DNA of 64,000 nucleotides, taken from Octopus sinensis (taxonomy: Eukaryota). This document shows, piece by piece, positions 51,381 to 62,626 of this stretch (the first letter of the stretch is position 1; each line of letters starts with the position of its first letter). The stretch spans positions 11,594,001 through 11,658,000 of the forward strand of contig NC_042999.1 in NCBI RefSeq assembly GCF_006345805.1, written 5' to 3'. The translations under genes were made by a program, and so were the position numbers. A model generated the notes under the pieces. The model saw only the letters and a list, made by a program, of their open reading frames with translations, was not told the origin of the DNA and did not search any database.

Positions 51381-54300
51381 ACATCTGGAAACCACAGACG
51401 TATGGCAAACCTAATATATAAATACAAACTGGGACAAGAACGCAAAACAATTAGAAGACGATACAAAAAACACGGACGGGACATTCGAAGCCTTCAATCT
51501 TCAGTCAAGAACCGGATCATCCTCGCAATTTCGGCTGATTAATCTTGAGATTGCTCCAATCTGGCCAGCCCCAAGGAAAAACTAAGCTAAGCGCATTTGA
51601 TTCCTTGGGAAAAAAAGCATCGAATGTATACGAAACAAGGATGGAAAAACGGACGATGTTACCCGAAGATGAATACAAAAATAATACGTAAAAACAATAA
51701 TAATAACAACAATAACAGGACATCACAACAGGCGTGTTTCGGCTTAGACGAATTAAACTCAGCTGGCGTGTTAGGAATGTGCCTTGGGGCAGAGAAAAAA
51801 AAATGTTGATGTTACCACGACTGCTGCCAGACCCAAAAGGCCCGTAGTCGGTCAGTCAGTCACATATATATACATACATACATATATGTCTTTTACTTGT
51901 CTTAATCATTGGATTACGGTCATAATGGGGCACCACCTTATAGGGTTCAGTGGAGCAAATGTCTTTTTCGCCGAGCCGCTAGGTTGCAGGGATGTAAGCG
52001 ACTCAATATGTGTTTGGATGGGGGCAAACAAGGGCCTCTACACAGTTTTCGCCAACCAAATTCACTGACGAAACATTGGTCGTCCTGGCTCCCATAGAGA
52101 AGCTACCCAAGGGATGCCACGCAGTAGACTAAAACTGAAAGCGTGTGGTGATCTAACATCATCATGTGCATCTTTTAGAACTTGGGGATTTTATAAGATT
52201 TTGCTGGCAAATTTTAAAATTAAAATAAACATTTACATCAAAGAAAATTACCAGAGAACTTTCATTTGATTCTTCCAAATCTTTCTGTTAAAACTGTTTG
52301 AAACCATTTGTAGTTTTTTTTTTTTTTCTTAAATCCCAGCAACTGGTCGCCCACCACAAGGTTTAACGGAACCTACAGAAGCAAGCCAACACGCTCGCAG
52401 CATTTTAATTGATGGAAACTGAAATTCTGGCTTTTTGAAGAATTCTTTAAAGATTTAATTCCTGAATCCAGGACATCTGGAAACCACAGACGTGTGGCAA
52501 ACCTAATCCTTTCGGCTATAAAAACAAGGCTTGAAATGTTGGTGGAGGAATTAAGTCTCTTACATCGCCCCCCCCCCTCCAGCTCAACCAGTACCTATGT
52601 TATCAACCCCGAAAGGTGAAAGACAAAGAAGTCGATTTCGGCAGAATTTTAGCTCAGAACGTAAAGACGGACGAAATGCCGCCTAACGTTTTCTCCGGCA
52701 TGCTAACCATTCTGCCAGCTTGCCGCCTTAAACAGCTTAATAATCCTTCGTACTATAAGCACAAGGCTTGAAATTTGGGGGGAAGGGGACTAGTCGACCT
52801 CAGTGCCCGACTGGTACTTTATTTATCGACTCTGAAAGGATGAAAAATAAAGTCAACCTCGACGGCAGAACGTAATGACAGACGAAATGCCTCTAAGATT
52901 TCTCCCAGCTCACCGCCTTAAACAGCAACTTAATAATGCCAGTTATTTTTATTAAATTGTCCCTTATTTTCCCAATCAAGTGAAACAAGAACAGTGTTAT
53001 TTCAATAGAAGTCTAACAAAAGGGTTAACAGTGTTTCTTTTAAACTGTTACAACTCGATACCAACAAGAAAGACAAAAAAGGCTCTACATCACCACCACC
53101 AGCTTCACCAATTATTTAATTTTCAAAGTAAAATATCTCTCTTAAATTTTTCAAACCAATCCTAAGAAACAAAAAACAGTTTTATCACAAAGCTTTTAAC
53201 TTTCTGCAAATCATCGTAGAAACTTCTAGATTTTGCTTCAATCAACAATGTCTTCTGTTGATTTGTCTTTTCTGATCATCAATCCGTCCACACTTAAACC
53301 TTTCCATTTTTAAGTATCGTTTCAGATCTCTTTAAAACAAAACAATGTCCAGACATTTAACAGTGTAGTCGTTTGATCTCCTGACCTAATTTTAGCTTTA
53401 TTATCACAGCGGGTTCCCATTTGTAGGTGAGGCGAACTTTGAAGTTTTTACAATATAACCATTTTTTCTCTTTTAACAAGTTTATTATCGAACGTTTGCG
53501 ACATCACATCCTTAATCTAAACAAATATATTTTACTTCTTAACTCTCACTGGTTTCAGTGAGCAAGCTAGAGCACCACCTTAAAAGATTCAGTCGTTACA
53601 AATCGAGCCCCAGTAATTTTTTTGTCTGGTGCTTAATATATCTGTCTCTTTTGCTGAATCACTAAGTTACGGTGACGTAAAGAAAGCATCACAAATCAAA
53701 TACAAAGACACACACATATATATATATATGCACACACACACACAACTGGATTCCAAACAGTTTCCGTCTACAAAATTCACTCACAAAGCATTGGTCGATC
53801 CAGGGCTGTAGTAAAGGACACTTGCCGACGATGCCGCGCCTTGGGATCGAAACCGCGTGGTTGCAAAGCAAGTTCCTTAACTACACGGCTGTCTAATAAG
53901 TTTAATCACGTCTTTCTTTTTTAGTTTATCACAATTGTCAAACAATTAATGAAAACCGTTGATTTACAGATTTTTCGTAGGCGAATCACAGGCAAGTTGA
54001 TGTTTGGATGGTGAGGGTAACAAGGGAGTATATGCAACTTGGTACAGAACAAATATAGCAAGGGCAAAATACCATATTTCTTTCTGGCTGATATATAACA
54101 ATGAACGATATGTGGCTATATTACCTTTCTTGAAAACAGATGATGGTTGGTTGCCAGAAGGGTTTCTGGCTGTGGGAAATCAACCTCAATGGATTCCATC
54201 TGATCCATCATGGTGTTGATATGTATATGTGTGTGTGCGTATGTGTTCATATTTGTGTATATAAACATATATATTATATCTATATACACTCATACGCATG

Positions 54301-55379
54301 TACACGCGAGTACATATATATATAATTATGTGTGTATGTATGCATAAAAGGTATTTCCTTCACCTTTTCCCAGTGAATTGAATCATGTTGTGTTTTGTCA
54401 TCGCCATTTCACCCTTGGTTGCCTTCAAAAGCGTTTCTTCTGTTGCAAGCCATCTGCACCAAACCGTCGCTCTCCATATCGCCATTACAGTCTATGTTTC
54501 CACATACCCAAATCGCCTGACTAATTCCCCTTTCATTTCTTATTCATCTGATGTCTTCTCCCTAATCTTGATCACATATTTCGCCTCTTACACTTTATCT
54601 CTTCCTGACATACAAGTTTCTCGTCCCTAGTCTTCAACCCATTTTCCCTCTCCAGGATACACCCTCTACTTAAACTTCTCTGCTAAGCATTAGTAATGGT
54701 TGTAAATCTATGTCACTGTCATGTGAGCGATACTATTCATTTCCAATCTACCCCGAAAACATGTCTGGCCTTAAGAAAATGTTAACTTACTTGGCTATGG
54801 ATTGAAGGTTGGCAATAGCAAGAGCATCCAGCTGTAGAAAACCTGCCTCAATGAAATCTGTTTGATTTTGGGTTTCTGACTTGTTTTGTCTCCTTCCGAA
54901 GCGTTGAATTCATCTGGAATGCCTTATAAGGAATGTTGACGAAGCATATATGTAGGTATGTATGTGTGTGTGTGTGCGTCTGCATGTACGTACGTATGTC
55001 CGTACGTATGTATGCGCTCGACGCGCGACAATTCAACCCCATCGGTTTCGGCTGTAATGTTAATCCCATTAAACTCCCACCGGTCACTTTGACACGGGTC
55101 GTTCCTATTCGAAGGGGTGGGCGTCGGTGACGTGACGCAAAGAGCACAGCAATAATAATAACAAGAGGAGGAAACGTGGATTCCTTTGTTAAGTATGTTT
55201 CTGTCTCCAGCAACATATGACATCTCACAATACGATGCAACCAGTAGAGAGATGCAGCTCATAGGGTCAGCAAGGTGAGCAAATCCATCGTCACCGCTGA
55301 ACCTAACTTATAACCATCCTTTATTTCTAACAAGAGTATTCAGTTTTCTTTCTTTCTTTTTTTCAGTAGAACTTTTCTT

Positions 55380-55790
55380 ATTTCTTTACTGCCCACAAGG
55401 GGCTAAACATAGAGGGGACAAACAAGGAACAGACAAAGAGGTTGAGTCGATTAGATCGACCCCAGTGCGTAACTGGTACTTATTTAATCGACCCCGAAAG
55501 GATGAAAGGCAAAGTCAATCTCAACGGAATTTGAACTCAGAACGTAGCGGCAGATGAAATACCCATTTCTTTACTACCTACAAGGGGCTAAACACAGAGG
55601 GTACAAACAAGGACAGACAAACATATTAAGTCGATTACATCGACCACAGTGCGTAACTGGTACTTATTTAATCGACCCCGAAAGGATGAAGGCGAAGTCG
55701 ACCTCGGCGGAATTTGAACTCAGAACGTAACGGCAGACGAAATACCGCCAAGCATTTCGCCCGGCGTGCTAACCATTCTGCCAGCTCGCC
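55380..55790 (-). mobile_element. Two head-to-tail family-D SINE copies (the first lacks most of its tRNA head)
   Basis: ATTTCTTTACT.CC.ACAAGGGGCTAAACA.AGAGG begins twice (about 55380 and about 55566). The second copy ends in the reversed tRNA-like head ...GGCGTGCTAACCATTCTGCCAGCTCGCC. Confidence 0.8.
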
Positions 55791-56775
55791 TTTTTTCATG
55801 CGCGCGCGCGTAAGGGCATAAACTACAGTTTGGCAACAGCGTGGGCATCCAGCTCTAGAAAAACTCCCTCAATAGATTCCGTCTGAACCATGCGGACAGA
55901 AATAGTAGACGTTAAAACAATGATATATCTTTTATCTTTCACTGGTTTCAGTCATTAGACTGCAGCCATGCTGGAGCACCGCCTTCAACAATCTTTAGTC
56001 GAATCGGCCGCAGTCCCTTTTTTTTTCTTTCAGTACTAGCACTTATTTTATTGGTGTCTTGTGCCGAACTGCTAGGTTACGAGGACGTAAATACATCAAC
56101 ACCGGTTGCCAAGCGTTCATGGAGGACAAATACAGACACATAGTCACACACACACAAATAACAGGCTTCTTTCAGTTTCCATCACAAGGCTTTCGTCGGC
56201 CCGAGGCAATAGGAGAAAGAAGACATTAACTCAAAGTATCACGCTGTGGAAAAGAACCTGGGACCATGTGGTTGGAAGCCGCGCCTGCACTACATCCAGA
56301 GAGAGAGAGGAAAGATGTACATATGTGCATATATACATAGACATTTCAAGTATGTGTCTAATATAATAGTTTAATTTTAGCAAGTTATAAAAATAGACCA
56401 AATAGAAAAGTTATTATCTGTATCGGATAGGGTTTGCTGACTTCTGCTGTTTTAAGGTATTGTTATCCTTCAGTAATAAGCTATTTAAATCTTCGTTAAA
56501 ATAATTCATGCGTCCCTCTATCAGACTAGTCACCAACTCAAAGGGTTCTAAAATATTCCGTGTTGGAAACAGGTGTTTAAAAGTGACGGTACGCTAAAGT
56601 CCATGAGGATGTCATATGACGACGTACACCGCTGTAGACAAAATATTTTTTTAAAAAAGACCCAATGAAAATACCATCGTTAACACTGATACATTTTTAT
56701 CGTTTCTTTTGCAGATAACAAACTGATCATTAAAACGCCTTCATTAGAATTATTTCTATAACCTGACATGTGTGC

Positions 56776-56857
56776 GGTAGCGTGGCCGAGCGGTCTAAGG
56801 CGCTGGTTTAAGGCACCAGTCTCTTCGGAGGCGTGGGTTCGAATCCCACCGCTGCCA
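56776..56857 (+). tRNA. tRNA-Leu-AAG: tRNA-Leu, anticodon AAG (82 nt, long variable arm, no intron)
   Basis: GGTAGCG...CGCTGCCA acceptor stem, A box TGGCCGAGCGG, anticodon stem CTGGT/ACCAG with loop TTAAGGC, and B box GGTTCGAATCC. It is near-identical to metazoan tRNA-Leu(AAG). Confidence 0.97.
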
Positions 56858-56865
56858 ACACTTTC

Positions 56866-56869
56866 TTTT
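56866..56869 (+). terminator. Pol III terminator (T4)
   Basis: TTTT located 9 nt after the tRNA discriminator base. Confidence 0.6.
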
Positions 56870-57081
56870 CTATCTAGCTTAGTGGTGAAATTCAAACGTC
56901 CGAGAGTATTGTACAAGCATGTACATATATGTAATAGACCTGCAACGTATGTTACTATTTTAAATAGCTTAATTTATAGCATGTTATAAAAATAGATGAG
57001 ATAGAAGAAAACAAGCTTATCCTTGTCGATAAGGTTTTCTAAATATTTTTTATAGTCTGTGCATATATACATTGATGCGCA

Positions 57082-57128
<47 letters not shown>

Positions 57129-57320
57129 TTAGATATGTTTCGACCAAAGATTGGTCCAGGCCATGTCTAACTTAGTAGCACCACCTGACGATATATATAT
57201 ATATACAATTTAAAAATAGGATAAAATCTTCATAAAGATTTATCAAGTAGTTAGCGTGAAAAACCTCATAAGAGGAAAAAGCCATCAATTTTTTCCTTTA
57301 AATACATATTTTTTTAATAT

Positions 57321-57482
57321 TATATAGAGGGCATTATTACACATAAATGCCACACGCTAGGAGGGACTCTTAAAGTCAAAACTTCTAAAATAAATAAACA
57401 CATGTTTATTTATTTTAGTAGTTTTGACTTTAAGAGTCCCTCCTAGCGTGTGGCATTTATGTGTAATAATGCCCTCTATATA
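57321..57482. repeat. 162-bp near-perfect palindrome (80-bp arms, 1 mismatch, 2-nt spacer)
   Basis: Checked base by base. The centre is at 57401-57402 and a (TA)-rich tract follows. Confidence 0.92.
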
Positions 57483-57674
57483 TATATATATAATATATAT
57501 ATATAATATAATATATATATATATATATATATATAATATAATATATATATATAATATAATATTATATATATAATATATATATATAATATATATATATAAT
57601 ATAATATATATATAATATAATATATATATATATATAATATATATATATAATATAATATATATATAATAATATAT

Positions 57675-57706
<32 letters not shown>

Positions 57707-58365
57707 ATAATATATATATATAATATATATAATATATATATATATGCGTATGTGTGTGTGTGTATGCGCACACACCTGCATACATACATACATGATACTT
57801 TTGTTTGTCATCTGCAGTAAGGAATATTTAACATAAACCCCCAATCTTTACAGTGTAAAAGTACAATTAAAATATGTTTCCAGTTTCGTGAGTTTATTTT
57901 TGTGTTGTTTTCTATCAAAGCATGGCACATTTCATTGATTCGTTGCTCATAAAAAATTGGCGATTCTTTCACAAATTATAGCTTTTGTTGTTGTGTCGAT
58001 GATACAATCGAGGAATAAAAGAGCTTTCTATACAGTGTTACCTTGTCACGTCTGCTGTCTTTGGTTGGTTCCTTTCAGAAGGCCTCTATGCTTTCTGCCT
58101 ATTATATGCATGTGTATGTGTGTGCGAGTGTGTGTGTTTGTGTGTGGCGAGAGAGAGAGAGAGAGAGAGACAGACAGATTAGTTCTAGGATTCATTAGAA
58201 TTACAGCATTACAACTTGTAGGACGCCAGGGATGGCTGGGTACTTAGTTTTGAGCTCACAGTAAGGTAAAACAACTTTTAGCTGTTAGTTGTTCGTAGTA
58301 TGTATGTGTATATATATATATACACACGAGTAATTGAACAAACGAATTTATTGGGAGTTACATGT

Positions 58366-58468
58366 ATGGATCAAAGCGGTTTGATTCAAATTCAAAATGG
58401 CTGACGACTAGCATCACGCTTAAAACTCAAGAGTACCAACGAATTTGAATCAAACTGCTATGATCCAT
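58366..58468. mobile_element. 103-bp mini-MITE with 28-bp TIRs
   Basis: ATGGATCAAAGCGGTTTGATTCAAATTC versus the reverse complement of GAATTTGAATCAAACTGCTATGATCCAT: 2 mismatches, with a 47-bp spacer. Confidence 0.6.
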
Positions 58469-58615
58469 GTGTGTGTATGTCCGTGCATATAGACATAGGT
58501 ACCGTACCAAATTCACTATAAACCGTATATCCTACTCAAAAGCGGTTCCACGAGTAGCGAATGTATAAAAGACAAACACAAGTAAGGTTCAAAATTCACA
58601 ACAGCTGTTTCGGTA

Positions 58616-59470
58616 GCACCATAAGTGTTCAATAATATTAAGATCTGGGGACTGTGGTGGCCAGATAAGATGTTCAACTTCACTAGAATGTTCCTCGTGA
58701 CATTCAGTAACAACTTTAGCTGTGTGAATTGGTGCATTATCATCCTGAAAGATTGCGTTTCCCTCCGGAAACAGTTCCGCAACCATAGGATGAATTTGAT
58801 CAGATAAAATGCTTAAATAGTCTTGACTATTAATTCTGCCTTGAAAGGAAACTATTGGGCCGGCGGATTTCCAAGAAATAGCGCCCCCACTCCCGATCAT
58901 CACAGATCTTCCATGTTTAACAGTTGGAAGAAGGCAGTCTGGGTCAAATGCTTCTTTTGGCTGTCTCCACACATATATTTGGCCGGTGGTCAGAAATAAG
59001 GTAAAGGACGACTCGTCCGAGAAAATAACATTCTTCCACTGTTCTAGGGACCAATTCTGTAGGTTTTTACTCCACTCTAAACGCATTGCAACGTTTGTTT
59101 TTGAAAGTAGTGGTTTTCTGATTGCAGCTCTCCCATGAAATCCGGCTTTGTGCAGCTTCCAGCGAACAGTTTTTATGGAAACTTGGTTCTCGAGGTGGTC
59201 GTTAAATTCTGCAGTAATTCTGGGACCTGTACTTTTGTGATCCTTTCTTACAATTCGCGTAAGAGTCCGACGGTCCCTATCTGAAAGTTTTGGTTTTCTT
59301 CCGGAGTTTTGTTTCGACGAGGAGGTTTTTCCCTCTTTCTCAAAAGCTGACTTTACTTTCGAGATAGTACTTCTTGATACACCAAACATTTCGGCTGTTT
59401 TCCTTATGCTAGCGCCTGCCATACGAGCACCAACAATTCAGCCTCTTTGAAAGTCCGAAAGATCTGTCAT
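58616..59470 (-). pseudogene. Tc1-like transposase pseudogene (paired-like HTH plus DDE domain)
   Basis: The native start is MTDLSDFQRG*IVGARMAGAS (ATG at 59470, premature TGA at 59438-59440). Motifs are VIFSDESSF (D at 59015-59017), FQDDNAPIH (D at 58739-58741) and WPPQSPDLNIIE (E at 58628-58630). The C-terminal part is missing. Confidence 0.92.
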
Positions 59471-59659
59471 TTTAATGAATTTTAATTACCTTTTTCTGAT
59501 GATATCCGAAAAGAAACAGCAATTCTATCAAAACATATTAAACAACACTAATAATAAATCAAAAATCATAAAAATAAACAAGCTTTTGACAGTTTTACAG
59601 ATATTTCAAAATTATGATGCTATGATGCTAGGTGTTTCCATTATTTTGTCCAACCCCTG
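58616..59659 (-). mobile_element. Tc1/mariner transposon, DD36E type, 3'-truncated, with a single TIR
   Basis: TA|CAGGGGTTGGACAAAATAATGGAAACACC terminal repeat at 59631-59659 with TA at 59660-59661. The second TIR is absent and homology stops just after EHLW. Confidence 0.9.
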
Positions 59660-59763
59660 TATGTATATATATATGTTTCAGTTTCCGTCTACCAAATCTA
59701 CTCACAAGGCGTTGGTTGGCCTAAGGCTACCGTAGAAGACAGTTGCCCAAGGTGCCATGCAGT

Positions 59764-59930
59764 CGGGGCTGGTCCTAGGGTTGCTGGTGCCCCGGGCAAT
59801 CTGATCTTCGGCGACCTTATATGTATAATTTTTTAAAACTTTCACAAGGAGAAAAACTGAAGATGTAGACTAAAAAGTGCATGGCGCCCCAAGCGACTGT
59901 TCGAGTTGCCAGTACCTTAAGCCGGCCCTG
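59764..59930. mobile_element. hAT-type MITE (167 bp) with an 8-bp TSD, nested in a family-B SINE
   Basis: CATGCAGT flanks both sides (59756-59763 and 59931-59938). The ends are CGGGGCTGG... and ...CCGGCCCTG, imperfect CAGGGCCGG-type TIRs. Confidence 0.75.
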
Positions 59931-60883
59931 CATGCAGTTAAGCCGGACTGAACCCGGATCCATGTGGTTGGGAATCAAGTTTCTTACCACGCAGCCTAAG
60001 TCTAGATTTGTAAATTTTTCGAAATTTTTATTTATATATTTATCATTATTTTATTTTTATTTTATTTATTTATTTATTTCGATTCCACGTTTTAAAATAT
60101 CACGATTCTGGTTACTGAGTGATTTTCCGCTTTCAATTTATGGTTTATAAGCGAGAAGAAAATTAATTTTTCTTCTACAACCATTTATAATTGCGGTTGT
60201 GTGTGAGAGAGAGATAAATAGACAGACAGACAGAGATGATAGATAGATAGATGTGTGTGTACACACACACATACATACACATACACACACACACATACGA
60301 CACATACATACACAGTACATACACACACATACATACACACATACATACATACATACACACATACATACATACATACATACATACACACATACATACACAC
60401 ATACATACATACATACATACATACATACATACATACATACATACATACATACACATACATACATACATACATACATACATACACATACATACATACATAC
60501 ATACATACACAGACATACATACATACATACACACACACACATACACAGACATACATACATACATACATACTTACATACATACATACACAGACATACATAC
60601 ACACACATACACACACACATACATACATAGAGAGAGACAGACAGACAGACTGAGAGTTTGCGAGAGAAAAGGTTTGTGTGCGTGTGTGGACTGGGTGTAT
60701 ATATAGACAGGTAAGGAGAGAGGGGGGAGAACGGTAGAAAGAGAAGAAGGAGAGGAAGATGGGCGAAGAAAAGTTTGTGTGAAGGAGTGGGGGAGGGAGG
60801 GAGGGAGACGGGTGTAGTAATAAAAGCCTGTGTGTGTGTGTGTGTTCTGGTTGGGAAATTAGAAGTTTGGCGAGAGACTGACT

Positions 60884-60954
<71 letters not shown>

Positions 60955-61282
60955 CGGTTTGTCGTTTCTATTCCTCATTCAATCAATTCACAAAATATTG
61001 CTCTCATGTTGGACTGATTGATCTTTATTGTATGGCAAATATTCATAATGCAGGAAAAACAAAAAAAAACAACAGTCAATTTAACTTTTTAACAAATTTT
61101 ACTGACCCACGTCTACACACACACAAACACACATCCATACATACAATGATTGTGCCTACACACACACACACATATACACACACACATATATACATATACA
61201 CGGAAATTCATACGTACATACATGTATATGTATGTATATATATGTATACACGGGAACGTGAAACTCCTTGAAGTTTATTGTG

Positions 61283-61316
61283 ATATTCTTGTGATGGTTT
61301 TGCAGCTAATAATAAA

Positions 61317-61356
<40 letters not shown>

Positions 61357-61390
61357 TTTATTATTAGCTGCAAAACCATCACAAGAATAT
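61283..61390. repeat. Perfect 108-bp spacer-less palindrome centred on (AT)10
   Basis: ATATTCTTGTGATGGTTTTGCAGCTAATAATAAAG(TG)nT, then (AT)10, then the exact reverse complement. Confidence 0.92.
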
Positions 61391-61553
61391 ATAATTAATA
61401 ATATATATATATATTATTAATAATATATATATATTATTAATAGTGTATATATATATATATATATACTTTGATACTTTGATACTTTGATAGGTTTCGGCCA
61501 TTATTGGCCCAGGCCATGTCTAACTTAATAGCACCACCTGGTTATATATATAT

Positions 61554-61680
61554 AATTGGTATGGCATTATCCATATAAATCAAAATAAGCAACAAGGATA
61601 TCCAAAGGTAGTGTAGAAATAGATACCTTTGGATATCCTTGTTGCTTATTTTGATTTATATGGATAATGCCATACCAATT
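61554..61680. repeat. Perfect 57-bp inverted repeat with a 13-nt spacer
   Basis: 61554-61610 is the exact reverse complement of 61624-61680. It lies between (TA)n tracts. Confidence 0.9.
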
Positions 61681-61705
61681 CTGGTGCCTTTAACTTAAGT
61701 ACCAT

Positions 61706-61758
<53 letters not shown>

Positions 61759-62109
61759 GCATAATTACAAATTAGTGCCTCATTCAGGTGTATTTCTTAA
61801 CAGACCTATGTTTCTGACTATGTAGATTAAAATAATGTTGATAAACATTTTAAAAATAATTTGCTGATGGATAGAGTTTCAGATTGCTCTACCGACCCAA
61901 CTCGGTAACGAACTTAGGGTTTTTACAATTATTATTTTTGTCATATTTATACATCTAAAGCATTAACAATAGAATGTGATCGATACTCGGAAACGTTTTT
62001 CTATAAAATGTCATTAAAATATAGGCACTTTTCAATTTTTCACAAGGTTCGACACCACCAAACTGTAAACACACCTCTCTATATTTTATATACACACACA
62101 CACACACAC

Positions 62110-62201
<92 letters not shown>

Positions 62202-62539
62202 ACACACACACGTATATATGTATGTATTCCGCAGAAGTAACAGTGACTCGAGGTCCGAGAATTTCGTGCGTTTGTTACTTCTGAATATTAATAAAAAGTA
62301 TATTTTGAGTCCCATTTTTATAGTAGAAGACACCTATCTAGGATACCATGCAGTGGGACTGAACCTGGAACCATGTGGTTGGGAAGTAAGCTTCTTACCA
62401 CACAGCCACGCCCGTGTCTACACACACACACACAACAACAACAACAATAATAATAATAATAAAATAATAATAATAATATAATAATAATAATGGACGAGCT
62501 TTATACTGTACTCTACTATATTGTTACAGAACATATCAT

Positions 62540-62626
<87 letters not shown>

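Noticed and set aside
53200-53420. Two-exon minus-strand mini-ORF MGTRCDNKAKIR/DLKRYLKMERFKCGRIDDQKRQINRRHC
   Set aside because: It requires a 56-nt intron with a weak donor and has no recognisable family, so it is likely chance.
58400-58412. CTGACGA inside the mini-MITE spacer as a hammerhead core
   Set aside because: There is no stem II or GAAA downstream.
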